Shown here: piece by piece, positions 20,725 through 32,377 of the stretch
Layout of the letters: the number at the start of each line of letters is the position of its first letter
Position numbering within the stretch: the stretch's first letter is position 1
DNA from: an uncultured Planctomycetota bacterium
GTDB lineage: Bacteria > Planctomycetota > Planctomycetia > Isosphaerales > Isosphaeraceae
Assembly (NCBI GenBank): GCA_963823665.1
Contig: CAWGMQ010000006.1
Span: 224,001 to 288,000, forward strand
DNA length: 64,000 nucleotides
Direction: 5' to 3'
Made by a program: the position numbers and the translations under genes
Notes under the pieces: model-generated
The model's database searches: none
Told to the model about the DNA's origin: nothing
Seen by the model: only the letters and a program-made list of their open reading frames with translations

Positions 20725-20750
20725 TCAGCCGGAGACAGGTGCCTTGTAAC
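20725..20750 (-). promoter_or_regulatory. candidate ECF-type promoter for the DUF1559 operon (GTTACAA-N11-CCGGCTGA)
   Basis: Same bipartite motif occurs on the opposite strand at 20820-20844. Confidence 0.45.
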
Positions 20751-20819
20751 GCAAAAAATTGACAACCTGACGTTTTTTTAATTCTGATTGACTTCGTTCA
20801 CTGTTCGTTCGCCAAGCGG

Positions 20820-20844
20820 GTTACAAATCGCCCCAGCCGGCTGA
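20820..20844 (+). promoter_or_regulatory. candidate ECF autoregulatory promoter (GTTACAA-N10-CCGGCTGA)
   Basis: Motif shared with 20725-20750, upstream of the sigma gene. Confidence 0.45.
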
Positions 20845-21002
20845 CTACTAGTAATATCAGTGACGGTTTGCATACCCGCCGCGCCGCATCGCGCAAGCGC
20901 GCGTACCGGCTTCATGAGTGAATCCGCTCGAGGATGGATCGAATGCGACTCAGGCACCCAGCAGGTCGACGGCTCTCGCGCCCGGCCGGATCCAGGGACT
21001 CG

Positions 21003-21560
21003 GTGGATGCCGAAACGCCCGCCTGCGCGTGCGGTCAGGAAGACCACCGGGCCGACTATCCCACGCTTCTGAGGCAGCACCAGACCCAGCTCTTCGGTTA
21101 TATTTATTCGCTGGTCCGCGACCTGGACGATGCCGATGACTTGTTTCAGCAAACCAGCCTCGTCCTGTGGGACAAGTTCGAGCAGTTCGACCACGGCAAG
21201 AGCTTCATCAACTGGGCGTGCGGAGTGGCGCGATACGAGGTCCTCAACTTTCTCCGGTCCCGCAGCCGAAAACGGCTCTACTTCAGCGACGAGCTGAATC
21301 TGGCGCTCGTGGAAGCCCACGAGTCGCTCGAGCACGAGCAGCTCGAGGAGCGGCGCACCAGGTTGGCAGACTGCATGAAAAAGCTGCGCCAGAAAGATAG
21401 GGAGCTGCTCGAGGCCTGCTACGAGCGCTCGGCCAGCCTGCGAGAAGTTGCCCAGCGCGAACGGCGTTCGACGCACAGCATCCACAACTCGCTGCGCCGG
21501 ATTCGCCGCGTCCTGTTCGAATGTGTGCAAAGAGGAATGGCCCGGGAGAGGATTGTATGA
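21003..21560 (+). CDS. ECF sigma-70 factor (PVC type)
   Basis: LFGYIYSLVRDLDDADDLFQQTSLVLWDKF, FINWACGVARYEV, region 4 SLREVA...LRRIRRVLFECV. Confidence 0.92.
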   Translation: MDAETPACACGQEDHRADYPTLLRQHQTQLFGYIYSLVRDLDDADDLFQQTSLVLWDKFEQFDHGKSFINWACGVARYEVLNFLRSRSRKRLYFSDELNLALVEAHESLEHEQLEERRTRLADCMKKLRQKDRELLEACYERSASLREVAQRERRSTHSIHNSLRRIRRVLFECVQRGMARERIV

Positions 21561-23206
21561 ACGGCCAGTGCGACCCAGATGGTGATTTCCCAGAGCTCGT
21601 CGACGCCTATTGCTCCGGGCTGATCGACGACGACGGCGTCCGCCGGCTCGAGGCGATCTTGCTCGCAGACGCCGGGCGGCGACGGGAGTTCGCCCGTTAC
21701 TTTCACCATCACACCGAGATCCAGTTTGCCGTGCGGGCCGGCCACGCGACCGACGCGGCACTCGACCGGCTTTCGCGGTTTGCCCCCGGGCCGTCCCCGC
21801 CCACCAGGATCGTTCGCTCCTGGCTGCCGCGTCCGCGGGCAAAGTTGCTCGCGGGCATCGCCGTGGGAATTGCCCTGGCGCTCTTCGCCTTCGCCGGCCT
21901 GCGCTTCTCTGGCCTGATCGGGCCGATTCGGCCGCGCCAGGACCGTAGCGTGCCCGAGCCCGCGAACGTTGCCTGGTTGATCAACGCCCAGGATTGCCGC
22001 TGGGTGGGCTCGGATCAGAAGCCCGGGCGAGACATGCGATCGGGGAAGCTGCTGCGCATGGAGCAAGGCCTCGCCGAGATCGAATTCGAGAGGGCGCTGC
22101 GCATCATCCTCCAGGGCCGGTCCGGCGTCGAGCTGGTGTCCGCGACCACAGTGCGACTTCTGTACGGCACGCTCACGGCCCGCGTGCCCGTGCAGGCGCA
22201 CGGGTTCACGGTGATTGCGCCGAGCGGCAGAATCGTCGACCTCGGAACGGAATTCGGGCTGTCTGTCGCCGACGGCGGCTCCACAAGCGTCAAGGTCTTC
22301 ACGGGCCTGATTAAGGTTTTTCCTCTCGCATCCTCCGGCAGCGGTGAACCCGGCGTGACGGTCGCACACGACCACACCGCCCAGATCAATGGCGGCACAG
22401 TGGCCCTTGACCCGCGCGTCTCCGAGAACGACACGGTATCGTACGTCCGCGCCATCCTCCCGCCTCCCGTTCGCGTGGCTCGCACGGTGAATCTCGATTT
22501 TACCAGTCCCACGCGCGGAACCTTGCTCGACTCGGGCGGCCGCGGCACCGGGCTGACGCACCGTCTGCCGGGCACGGGCTCTGCCCTCGCGGCGCGCGAC
22601 CCGAATCTTCGTCTGAGCCCTCTTCGACACGCTTTGGAGCTGACGACGACGCGCAGCGATCTCAACACCCAGGACAAGCTGCCCACCGGCGAATACCTGG
22701 GTTTCCGGCTGGCTGATCTGGGCTTCACCGGCAAGGAAGATTTCGAGATCAGCGCGCTTCTTCCCGATATCCCCGGTCTCAAGGTTGTCGGCCAGTTCGG
22801 GCTGTACGCCGGTTCTCGCAGCAACAAGAATATTCGCGGCGGCCTGATCCGCCGGCCCGACCCAGCTTCGTATCGATTGTTCCTGGTGAATAACCCCGAC
22901 GGCAACGACACCGACATCGACGAGATCGGCCTCATCACCATCGGAGACGACTTGCGGCTCACCCTCCGCCGGGTGAGCGGCCGCTACTCGCTCGAGCTCG
23001 AAAACTTGACGAGAAACAGCTCGAGCACGCTGGAAATCGCTCACGCGGCGTTCCTGGACGACGAGAAAGAGCTCCACGCCGGGCTCTTTGGTGCCAACAC
23101 CCAGAGCGATCACCGCGAAACCCTCACGATCCGCGAGTTGAAGGTCACCGTCTGGACGACGAAGCCCGCGAGTCCGACAATGGCCCAGAGAGCCACGAAG
23201 AACTGA
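21557..23206 (+). CDS. FecR-domain anti-sigma factor
   Basis: ATGA overlap with the sigma gene; N-terminal anti-sigma helix, TM, GFTVIAPSGRIVDLGTEFGLSV. Confidence 0.88.
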   Translation: MNGQCDPDGDFPELVDAYCSGLIDDDGVRRLEAILLADAGRRREFARYFHHHTEIQFAVRAGHATDAALDRLSRFAPGPSPPTRIVRSWLPRPRAKLLAGIAVGIALALFAFAGLRFSGLIGPIRPRQDRSVPEPANVAWLINAQDCRWVGSDQKPGRDMRSGKLLRMEQGLAEIEFERALRIILQGRSGVELVSATTVRLLYGTLTARVPVQAHGFTVIAPSGRIVDLGTEFGLSVADGGSTSVKVFTGLIKVFPLASSGSGEPGVTVAHDHTAQINGGTVALDPRVSENDTVSYVRAILPPPVRVARTVNLDFTSPTRGTLLDSGGRGTGLTHRLPGTGSALAARDPNLRLSPLRHALELTTTRSDLNTQDKLPTGEYLGFRLADLGFTGKEDFEISALLPDIPGLKVVGQFGLYAGSRSNKNIRGGLIRRPDPASYRLFLVNNPDGNDTDIDEIGLITIGDDLRLTLRRVSGRYSLELENLTRNSSSTLEIAHAAFLDDEKELHAGLFGANTQSDHRETLTIRELKVTVWTTKPASPTMAQRATKN

Positions 23207-23289
23207 TCAAGAGATCACGGCCGCGCACCGAAGGTGCCGTCCGGCAAGCCACCGTCAACCGACGTGCACCCTCGAGAGACCGACCAACC

Positions 23290-26200
23290 ATGCCACGCAC
23301 GCTCACACTGGCACTCCTGCTGGCCCTCTCCGTCACCCCGCTCGGACGCGGCGCGATGCAAGAGCGTGCCAACCCCAAACCCTCGCAGACGCCCCTCCGC
23401 GTTCTCTTTCTCGGCGACCGCGGCCACCACCGGCCCGCCGATCGGGCCGCCCAGTTGAAGCCCGTGCTCGCGGGCAGAGGCATCGACGTTACGTACACCG
23501 AGAAAGCCTCGGACTTGAACCGCGAGAACCTGCACAAATATGACGCTCTGTTAATTTACGCCAACACGGAATCGATCACGCCGGAACAGGAAAAGGCTCT
23601 GCTCGATTACGTCGATGAGGGTGGCGGCTTCGTGCCCCTGCATTGTGCGTCGTACTGCTTCCTCAACTCTCCAAAATACATCGCCTTGGTCGGAGCCCAG
23701 TTCCAGCGCCACGGCACCGGTGTCTTCGACACCAAGATCGTCGACGACAAGCATCCGATCATGAAAGGCTTCGAGCCGTTCCGCACCTGGGACGAGACCT
23801 ACGTCCACCGCAAGCACAACGAGCAAGACCGGCACCTGCTCCAGGTTCGCTCCGAGGGGGGCAAGGACGAGCCGTGGACCTGGGTGCGCACCCAGGGCAA
23901 GGGCCGTGTCTTCTATACCGCCTACGGCCACGACGCGCGGACCTGGCAGCAACCGAGCTTTCAAGACCTGGTCGAGCGCGGCATTCGCTGGGCCTCGGCC
24001 AAGGGAGAGGTCTTCGACAGCCGCCCCCGGGTCGCATCGGGGCTGCCGCCGTTCACCTTTGCCGAATCTCCTGTGGAGATCCCTAACTACCTCCCCGGCC
24101 GCCAGTGGGGCACGCAGGGCGAGCCGATCCGCCGGATGCAAAACCCTCTGTCACCGCAAGAGTCCAGCCGCCACCTGGTTCTCCCGGCGGGATTCGAGGC
24201 GAAGCTCTTCGCCGCCGAGCCCGAGATTTTTAAGCCGCTCTGCATGACGTGGGACGAGAAAGGCCGGCTCTGGATCGCCGAGAGCACGGACTACCCCAAC
24301 ACCAAGCGCCGCGACGGCCAGGGCCGTGACCGCATCACCATCTGTGCAGACACCGACGGCGACGGCCGCGCCGATTCGTTCAAGGTTTTCGCCGAGGGGC
24401 TGAACATCCCCACCAGCTTGCTCTGCTCGCAAGGCGGCGTGATCGTGCAGCAGGCGCCCGACACGCTCTTCTTGAAAGACACTGACGGCGACGGCCGCGC
24501 CGATCTGAAGAAGGTGCTCTTCACCGGCTGGGGAATTGGCGACACGCACGCCGGCCCCAGCAACCTGCGCTGGGGCTTCGACAACTGGGTCTGGGGCATC
24601 GTGGGCTACTCGGCGTTTCGCGGCAAAGTCGGCGGCGAGGATGTGCGGTTCGGGCAAGGTCTCTACCGCTTCAAGACCGACGGCTCGAAGCTCGAGTTCC
24701 TGCGCAGCACGAGCAACAACTCCTGGGGCGTCGGCTTCAGCGAAGAGGGGCTGGTCTTCGGATCGACGGCCAACGGCTGCCCCAGCGTGTACTTGCCCAT
24801 TCCCAACCGTTATTACGAGGCCGTACGGGGCTGGTCGGCCGTCAAGCTCGAGAGCATCGCGGCTTCGAATTCGTTCTACCCGATCACCGAGCGGGTGCGC
24901 CAGGTCGACTATCACGGCGGTTTCACCGCGGCGGCCGGCCACGCGCTCTACACGGCGCGTACCTATCCGCCCCATTACTGGAATGCGACGGCGTTTGTCA
25001 CCGAGCCCACCGGGCACCTGATCGCCACCTTCACACTGGACCGCAACGGAAGCGACGTCGCCGATTACTACGGCTGGAACATGCTCGCCAGCGACGACGA
25101 ATGGACCGCGCCGATCTGCGCCGAGGTCGGGCCCGACGGCAACGTCTGGGTAATCGATTGGTACAACTACATCGTCCAGCACAACCCCACGCCACATGGT
25201 TTCCAGACCGGTCGCGGCGCTGCGTATGAAACGCCGATTCGCGACAAGACCCACGGGCGGATCTACCGGCTCGTCTTTAAGGACGCCCCGGCCAGGCCCC
25301 ACCCCGCGCTCGATCCACAAACGCTGCCGGCCTGGTCGCCGCCCTCCGCGACGACAATCAGCTCTGGCGCATGCACGCCCAGCGCCTGCTGGTCGAGCGT
25401 GGCAAAACCGACGTCGTGCCCGAGCTGCTCAAGATCGTTGCTGGACAATTCGGTCGATGCGATCGGACTGAATGCCGGGCGCGATCCACGCCCTCTGGAC
25501 GCTGCATGGCCTGGGAGCGCTGGGCGCATCGTCTCCTTCGGCTGAATCGCCTCCTTCGGCTAAGTTTGCCGCAATCGCGGCTTTGCTCGCATCCATCCGC
25601 GGGAGTGCGTCGCAACGCGATCCAGGTTTTGCCCGTCGAGCCAGTCTCGGCTCAGGCGATCGTCAAGGCCGGGCTCTTGCAAGACAGCGACGCCCAGGTC
25701 CGGCTCGCGGCCTTCCTCGGGCTGGCCGATCAGCCCGCAACCGACGAGGCAGCCAAAGCCGTCGTGGCCGCGCTCCGTGGCGGAGCCGTCGCGGGCGACG
25801 TGTGGCTGCCGGAAGCGGCCACGGCCGCCGCGGCCCGCAACGACGAGGCGTTCTTGAAATCGCTTGCCGCGCACGGCGAGAAGCCCGCCGGGCCCGAGCT
25901 GATCGCGATTGCCACCCGCGTCGCCGAGCACTGGGCACGTGGCGGTCCGGTTGACGGCGCTCAGGGCTTGCTGGCATCCATGGCCGGCGGCGACCAAGCG
26001 GCCGACCGAAGCGATCATCCGCGGACTGGCCCGCGGCTGGCCCAAGGACAAGCCCGCGCGGCTGGACAAGGCGGGTGAAGAATCGCTCAAGCGGCTGATG
26101 GTCGATCTGCCGCCGGCCCCGCGGGGGCAGCTCGTGCGGCTGGCCGGGCTCTGGGGCAGCCGGGCTTTCGAGGAGCTCGGCGCCGAGATCGCCGAGCTCT

Positions 26201-27769
26201 CTGATCGCGACCGCGAAGAACGAGAAACTCGCCGAGCCCGCTCGCCTCGAGGCTGCTCGACAGCTCATCGAGCTGCGAGCCTCGGAAGGCTCCGTCGCAC
26301 GGCAGTTGCTGGACTTGATCGCCGCCGGCGGCTCGTCCGAGCTTGCGGCCGGTCTGCTTGACGCCGTTGCCCAGAGCAAAGCACCCGAGGTGGGTGCCGC
26401 GATCGCCGACACGCTGGCGAAGCTCAGGCCCCGCGAACGATCGCGCGGTTTGAGAATCATGCTCGGCCGCGCCGATTGGAGCCCGGCTCTGGTCGACGCG
26501 CTCGAGAACGGCAAGGCGCAGATCTCCGAGCTGGCCCTCGATCAGAAGCAAGCTCTTTCGGTGCATCCCGACCAGAAAATCGCCGAGCGTGCCAAGGCGC
26601 TGCTGGCCAAGGGAGGCGGCCTGCCCGACCCCGATCGGCAGAAAGTGCTCGATCGCCTCGCTCCGCTGCTCAAGGAGGGGGGCGACTCCGTTCGCGGCAA
26701 GGTCGTCTTCCAGGAACAGTGCTCCAAGTGCCACCGGCATGGCACGATTGGCGGCCAGGTCGGCCCGGACTTGACGGGCACCGGTGCCCTGCCGCGGCTC
26801 GAGCTCTTGACCCATATCGTCGACCCCAGCCGCAGCGTCGAGGGAAACTTCGTCCAGTACACCGTCGCCACCACCGACGGCCGCGTGATCAACGGCCTGC
26901 TCTCTTCGGAAACGAAGACCTCCGTCGAGCTGATCGACGCCGAGGCCAAGCGCCAGGTCGTGCTGCGCGAAGACATCGATGAGATGAAGGTCTCCAAGAA
27001 GTCGCTCATGCCCGAAGGATTTGAGAAGCAGGTTTCCACCGATGACATCAAAAACCTGCTCGCGTTCCTCACCCAGCCGATGAAGTTCCTCCCGCTCGAC
27101 CTGCGCAAGGTGGCCACGATCGCCAGCACCAAAGGCATGTTCTACGACGAGAACTCCGACATGGAGCGTCTGGTCTTTGCCGACTGGACGCCGAAGACCT
27201 TCTCCGGCGTTCCGTTCGCCCTGGTCGACCCCGAGTCGGGCAAAGTTCCGAACGTGGTCTTGCTCTACGGCCCGGACGGAAAGTTCCCACCCCAGATGCC
27301 GCGATCGGTCGAGCTTGCCTGCAACGCGAAGGCGAAGGCGATCCACTTCCTGAGCGGGGTCAGCGGCTGGGGATACCCTTATGGGACGAAGGGAAGCGTC
27401 TCGATGGTGGTGAGGCTCCATTACTCGGGCGGCTCGGTTGAAGACCACCCGCTGGAAAACGGCGTTCATTTCGCGGATTATATTCGCGTGGTGGACGTGC
27501 CCGGCTCGAAACTGGCATTCCAGCTGCGAGGCCGGCAGATCCGCTACCTGGCCGTGACCCCCAAGAAAAACGAAGTCATCCAGCGCATCGAGCTCGTGAA
27601 GGGCCCCGACCAGTCCGCGCCGATCGTCGTGGCGGTGACCGTGGAAGTCGCCGACGGAACCTGGAACCGCGCCCGGCAACCAGGATGTTGTGAGGCTCGC
27701 TCCTTCTCCCTCTCCCTCCGGGAGAGGGTCGGGGTGAGGGTGCTCCCCCAATCGTCCCTTGCGCCATGA
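23290..27769 (+). CDS. PVC-type membrane-bound dehydrogenase-like protein: ThuA + beta-propeller + HEAT + cytochrome c (several frameshifts 25320-26210)
   Basis: ThuA (GGGFVPLHCAS, GRVFYTAYGHD), propeller (WDEKGRLW, DTHAGPSNL, GPDGNVWVIDWYN), HEAT, CSKCH...VGPDLT...SLMPEG; true stop may lie earlier than 27769. Confidence 0.85.
27706..27740. repeat. REP-like element CTCCCTCTCCCTCCGGGAGAGGGTCGGGGTGAGGG
   Basis: CCCTCTCCC-TCC-GGGAGAGGG hairpin plus GGGGTGAGGG tail, at a gene end. Confidence 0.6.
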
Positions 27770-27835
27770 ATCGGTTCCGGGACGCTCGACACGCGACTTG
27801 CCGCAATAGCCGATCACTTAACCCGGAGCTCGCCC

Positions 27836-30800
27836 ATGTCAGGATCGAAACGTGATTTGTTCCTGGTGTGTTTTTGTGTCCTTACACTCGGCGGGCCACT
27901 CGCAAACACGCCGGCCCAGGCCCGCCAGGATGCACCAGCCCCCGAAGCAGACGCCGAAGACCTCGGCCCGTTCGTCCCGCCCCCCGGCGACCCCTGGTAT
28001 TCACCGCCCATGCAAGCTCGCCCGGGGCGAACAGGCCCCGGCGACGCCCTCGTCTCGAAAGCCCGCATCACCCCGCACTGGTTCCACCAGAACGATCGAT
28101 TCTGGTATCGCAATGATCTGACCGCAGGCAAGCGTGAGTTCATCCTGGTCGACGCCGAACGCGGCACGCGCGAGCCGGCCTTCGACCACCAGAAGCTCGC
28201 GGCCGCTCTGACCAAAGCCAGCGCTGCGGCTGGCATCTCCGCCGAAAAGCTCCCGTTCGACGCGATCGAGTTTGCCGACGATGGGAAATCCATCCGGTTC
28301 CGCATGGGAGAAACGACCTGGCGCTGCGATCTGAGCACCTACGAGTGCACGCGATCCCAGGGAGCAATCACGAACGATCCTCCGGCCGGTCAGGCCGCAG
28401 ACGCCGGCCGCGCTCGCCCAGGGAGACGTGGCGACGGATCGTTTGCTCGCGCGGGAAAGTCGGAGCAATCGCCTGACAAGAAGTGGACTGCCTTCGTCAA
28501 GGACCACAACGTCTACCTGCGCCGTGAGGGAGAGCCACTCGAGACGAAGCTCACCGAGGATGGCAAGGAGGGCATGGCTTACGATCGCCTCTCGTGGTCG
28601 CCCGATTCGAGCAGGGTCGTGGCCTGGCGCGTCGAGCCCGGCGATCGCAAGGAGGTTTACCTCATCCAGTCGTCGCCGCCCGGCGGCGGCCGGGCGAAAC
28701 TGCAAACGCACCGCTACCCGCTGCCCGGCGATAGGTTTGATGTTTACGAGCTCAACCTCTTCGACGTCGCGGCGAAGAAGGGCACGAAGCCCAAGGTCGA
28801 CCGGGTCGATTTCGAGTCGCCAAGAATCCGCTGGCGAAAGGACGGCCGTCACTTTACCTACGAGAAAATCGACCGCGGTCATCAGCGGTTCGGCCTGATC
28901 GAGGTTGACTCGCACACCGGAGATTCACGCAACCTGATCGATGAGAAGACAAACACGTTCATCTGGACGGCGCACCGCGAGGCGCTCAACGTCGGCACCG
29001 TCACCTGGCTCGATTCCGACAACGAGATCATCTACGTCACCGAACGCGACGGCTGGCGGCATCTCGACTTGATCGACGCAAACACCGGCAAGCTCAAGAA
29101 CGTGATCACACCCGGATCTTACGTCGTGCGCGGCGTCGATCAGATCGACGAGGACAAGCGCCAGGTGTGGTTCCGGGCCAGCGGCAAGAACCCGGGCGAG
29201 GATCCATACCTCATCCATTATTATCGCGTGAACTTCGACGGCACCGGACTGATCGCGCTCACAGAGGGAAACGGCAGCCACACCGCCCAGTATTCGCCCG
29301 ACCGCCGGTTCTTGATCGACAGCTTTAGCCGCATCGACATGCCCCCGGCACATACGTTGAGGCGAGTCTCAGACGGTGGCCTGGTTTGCAAGCTTGAAAC
29401 GGCGGATGCAACCGCGCTCCTTGCCACGGGCTGGCAGCCGCCGGAGGTGTTCGTCGCCAAGGGCCGGGACGGCAAGACCGACATCTGGGGCATCATCTGC
29501 CGGCCCAAGGGGTTCACGCCGAACCGGAAATACCCGGTGATCGAGCAGATCTACGCCGGCCCGCAGGGATCGTTCGTGCCCAAGACTTGGAGCACCGGCG
29601 AGCAGATTCTCGTTCTTGACCGACCTGGGCTTCATCGTCGTGCAGATGGACGGCATGGGAACCGCCAACCGCTCGAAGGCCTTTCACGACGTTTGCTGGC
29701 ACGACTTGAAGGACGCCGGTTTCCCCGACCGCATCCTCTGGCACCAGGCCGCCGCGAAGAAATACCCGTACTACGACCTCGATCGCGTGGGCATCTACGG
29801 CACTTCCGCCGGCGGCCAGAATGCCACCGGCGGCGTGCTGTTTCATCCTGAATTCTACAAGGCGGCCGCCTCGGCCTGCGGCTGCCACGACAACCGGATG
29901 GACAAGGCCTCGTGGAACGAGCAGTGGATGGGATACCCGGTCGGTCCCTGGTACGCCGCCTCGTCAAATATCGACAACGCCCACCGGTTGAAAGGCAAGC
30001 TGCTCTTGATCGTCGGCGAGATGGATACGAACGTGCCGCCCGAATCGACCATGAGGCTGGTCGATGCACTCATCAAGGCCGACAAGGATTTCGAGCTTGT
30101 TGTCGTGCCGGGCGCCAACCACGGCATGGGCGGCGCCTACGGCCAGCGCCGGCTGCGCGACTTCTTCGTGCGGCACCTGCTCGATGACGCGCCGAACTCG
30201 CGCGACGCGTCACCGCCGCCCGTCGCGTCCACCGCGCTCGCTTCACTCCGCGCGCTCGATGACACCGCCGTGAGTGGGCGTTCACAGGCTCATGATTCCT
30301 CGAGCGCGGGGCTCGACCTCGCGGAAATGAGCAACGACCGCAGCGAGCTTCGCGGTGCGATCGAACGCCACGAGACGGATCGGGTAACCTTGCAGCGCTC
30401 CCTTCCGCCTTCTGCCTCGCCGCGCCGCGATGAGCGGTTGCGCGAGTTCACGAAACACTGGCTTGACGAGCTTGGCAATCTCGACTTTTCACCGATTGAG
30501 CCAGGACGGAAAGGTCGACTTCCTGCTCATGAAGAACCAGCTTGCGCACGAGCTGCGCCAGCTCGAAATTCGCGGCAAGGAGACAGCCGAGTCGGCCTCG
30601 CTCGTCCCGTTCGGCACCACGATCCTCGAGCTCGACCTGGCGCGCCGCCAGCTAAAGCCGATGACCTGGTCAACAGTCGCCGGCGATCTGACCAAGCTCG
30701 CCAAGCAGATCGGTGACGCTCGATCGGCCCTCGAGCGCGACTCTCGCGGCAAAGACGCGGCCAAGCGTGTGGTGGTCAATCGCGCACTGGCCACGACCGA

Positions 30801-32115
30801 AGGTCTGCGCATCGACGCTCCGCGGCTGGTTCAGCTTCTATGACGGCTACGACCCGATGTTCACGTGGTGGGTCGAAGAGCCGTACAAGGCCGCCGACGC
30901 GGCGATCGATGCCTATGCGACGGCCCTTCGACAAAAGTTCGGTGCTGTCGCGCGTGGCCCCGGCGAAGGATTCGGCCCCGGCGGCGGCCGGCGCCGCGGT
31001 CCTGGAGCCGGACCAGGCGGACCACCGCGCGAAGACGCCCAAGCAGCCGGCGCAGCCCGCACCGACCCCACGGCAGCGCGTCAGAGTGAAATCGTCGGCA
31101 ACCCGATCGGCCGTGATGCGCTCCTTTCCGAGCTCCAGTACGAGATGATCGCGTACACTCCCGAAGAGCTGATCGAGCTCGCCCGCACCGAGCTGGCGTG
31201 GTGCGAAGACCAGATGAAGAAGGCTGCGCGCGAGATGGGCAAGGGCGACGACTGGAAAGCTGCGCTCGAGCACGTGAAGACCCTGCACGTCGAGCCCGGC
31301 AAACAGCCGCCAGTTGATCCGCGACCTGGCTCTCGAGGCGATCGAGTACATGGATCGAAATCAGCTCGTCACCATTCCCCAGCTCTGTCGTGACGCCTGG
31401 CGCATGGACATGATGACTCCCGAGCGCCAGCTCGTGAATCCGTTCTTCACCGGCGGCGAGGTGATCAGCGTCTCGTTTCCGACCAACACGATGCCGCATG
31501 AGTCAAAGCTGATGAGCCTGCGCGGCAACAACATCCATTTCTCGCGCGCCACCGTCTTTCACGAGGTGATCCCCGGCCATCATCTTCAGGGCTACATGAC
31601 CTCTCGCTACAAGACCTATCGCCGCGCTCTTCGACACTCCATTCTGGGGCGAGGGCTGGGCACTCTACTGGGAGCTCCTGCTCTGGGATAAAGGCTTCGC
31701 GAAATCACCCGAAAACCGCGTCGGCATGCTCTTCTGGCGCATGCACCGCTGCGCACGCATCATCTTCTCGCTGGGCTTCCACCTCGAGAAGATGACGCCC
31801 AAGGAGTGCATCGACTTCCTGGTCGACCGCATCGGCCACGAGCGCGACAACGCAACCGCGGAAGTGCGGCGCTCGTTCACGACATCCTACGGACCGCTCT
31901 ACCAGGCAGCCTACCTCCTGGGCGGCCTGCAGCTCCGCTCGCTCCATCGCGAGCTGGTCGAATCGGGCAAGATGACCGACCGCCAGTTCCACGACGCGAT
32001 CCTCAAAGAAAACGCGATCCCGATCGAGATGGTCCGCGCGCTCTTGTCCGATTCCAAGCTCACACCCGACTGGAAGCCGGAGTGGAAGTTCTACGCGAAG
32101 ACGGCCACAAAATGA
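27836..32115 (+). CDS. S9 (DPP IV-like) peptidase fused to DUF885 domain (several frameshifts)
   Basis: DPPIV_N propeller, GTSAGG nucleophile, DTNV and PGANHG; same frame runs into DUF885 ([21 protein letters not shown]). Confidence 0.8.
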
Positions 32116-32160
32116 TGTTGAACAAGGAGGTGCTCAGGGTGTGATGCCACTCTAACGAAA

Positions 32161-32322
32161 GAATGCTCGCGCTTTGATTCCCCCCCTTGAGAAGGGGGGG
32201 CCAGGGGGGGGTCGAGTGCGGATGACCGCAGATCCTGACTGACAAAGGAATGCTCGCGTTTAATTTCCCCCCCTTAAGAAGGGGGGGCCAGGGGGGGTCG
32301 AGTGCGGACGACCGCAGATCCT
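32161..32322. repeat. two tandem ~87-bp units containing a poly-C/poly-G hairpin
   Basis: GAATGCTCGCG...CCCCCCCTTRAGAAGGGGGGGCCAGGGGGGG...GTCGAGTGCGGA.GACCGCAGATCCT at 32161 and 32248. Confidence 0.85.
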
Positions 32323-32377
32323 CCTCCTTCGCACAGACAGAACCCAGCAAATCCTTCGAACGCTGGAGCAGCGCACC

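Noticed and set aside
21419..27817. Long antisense ORFs (e.g. 21419..23113, 26087..27817)
   Set aside because: High-GC shadow ORFs opposite well-supported genes, with no recognisable motifs.
32161..32322. CRISPR array
   Set aside because: Only two long units, no unique spacers, no cas genes.
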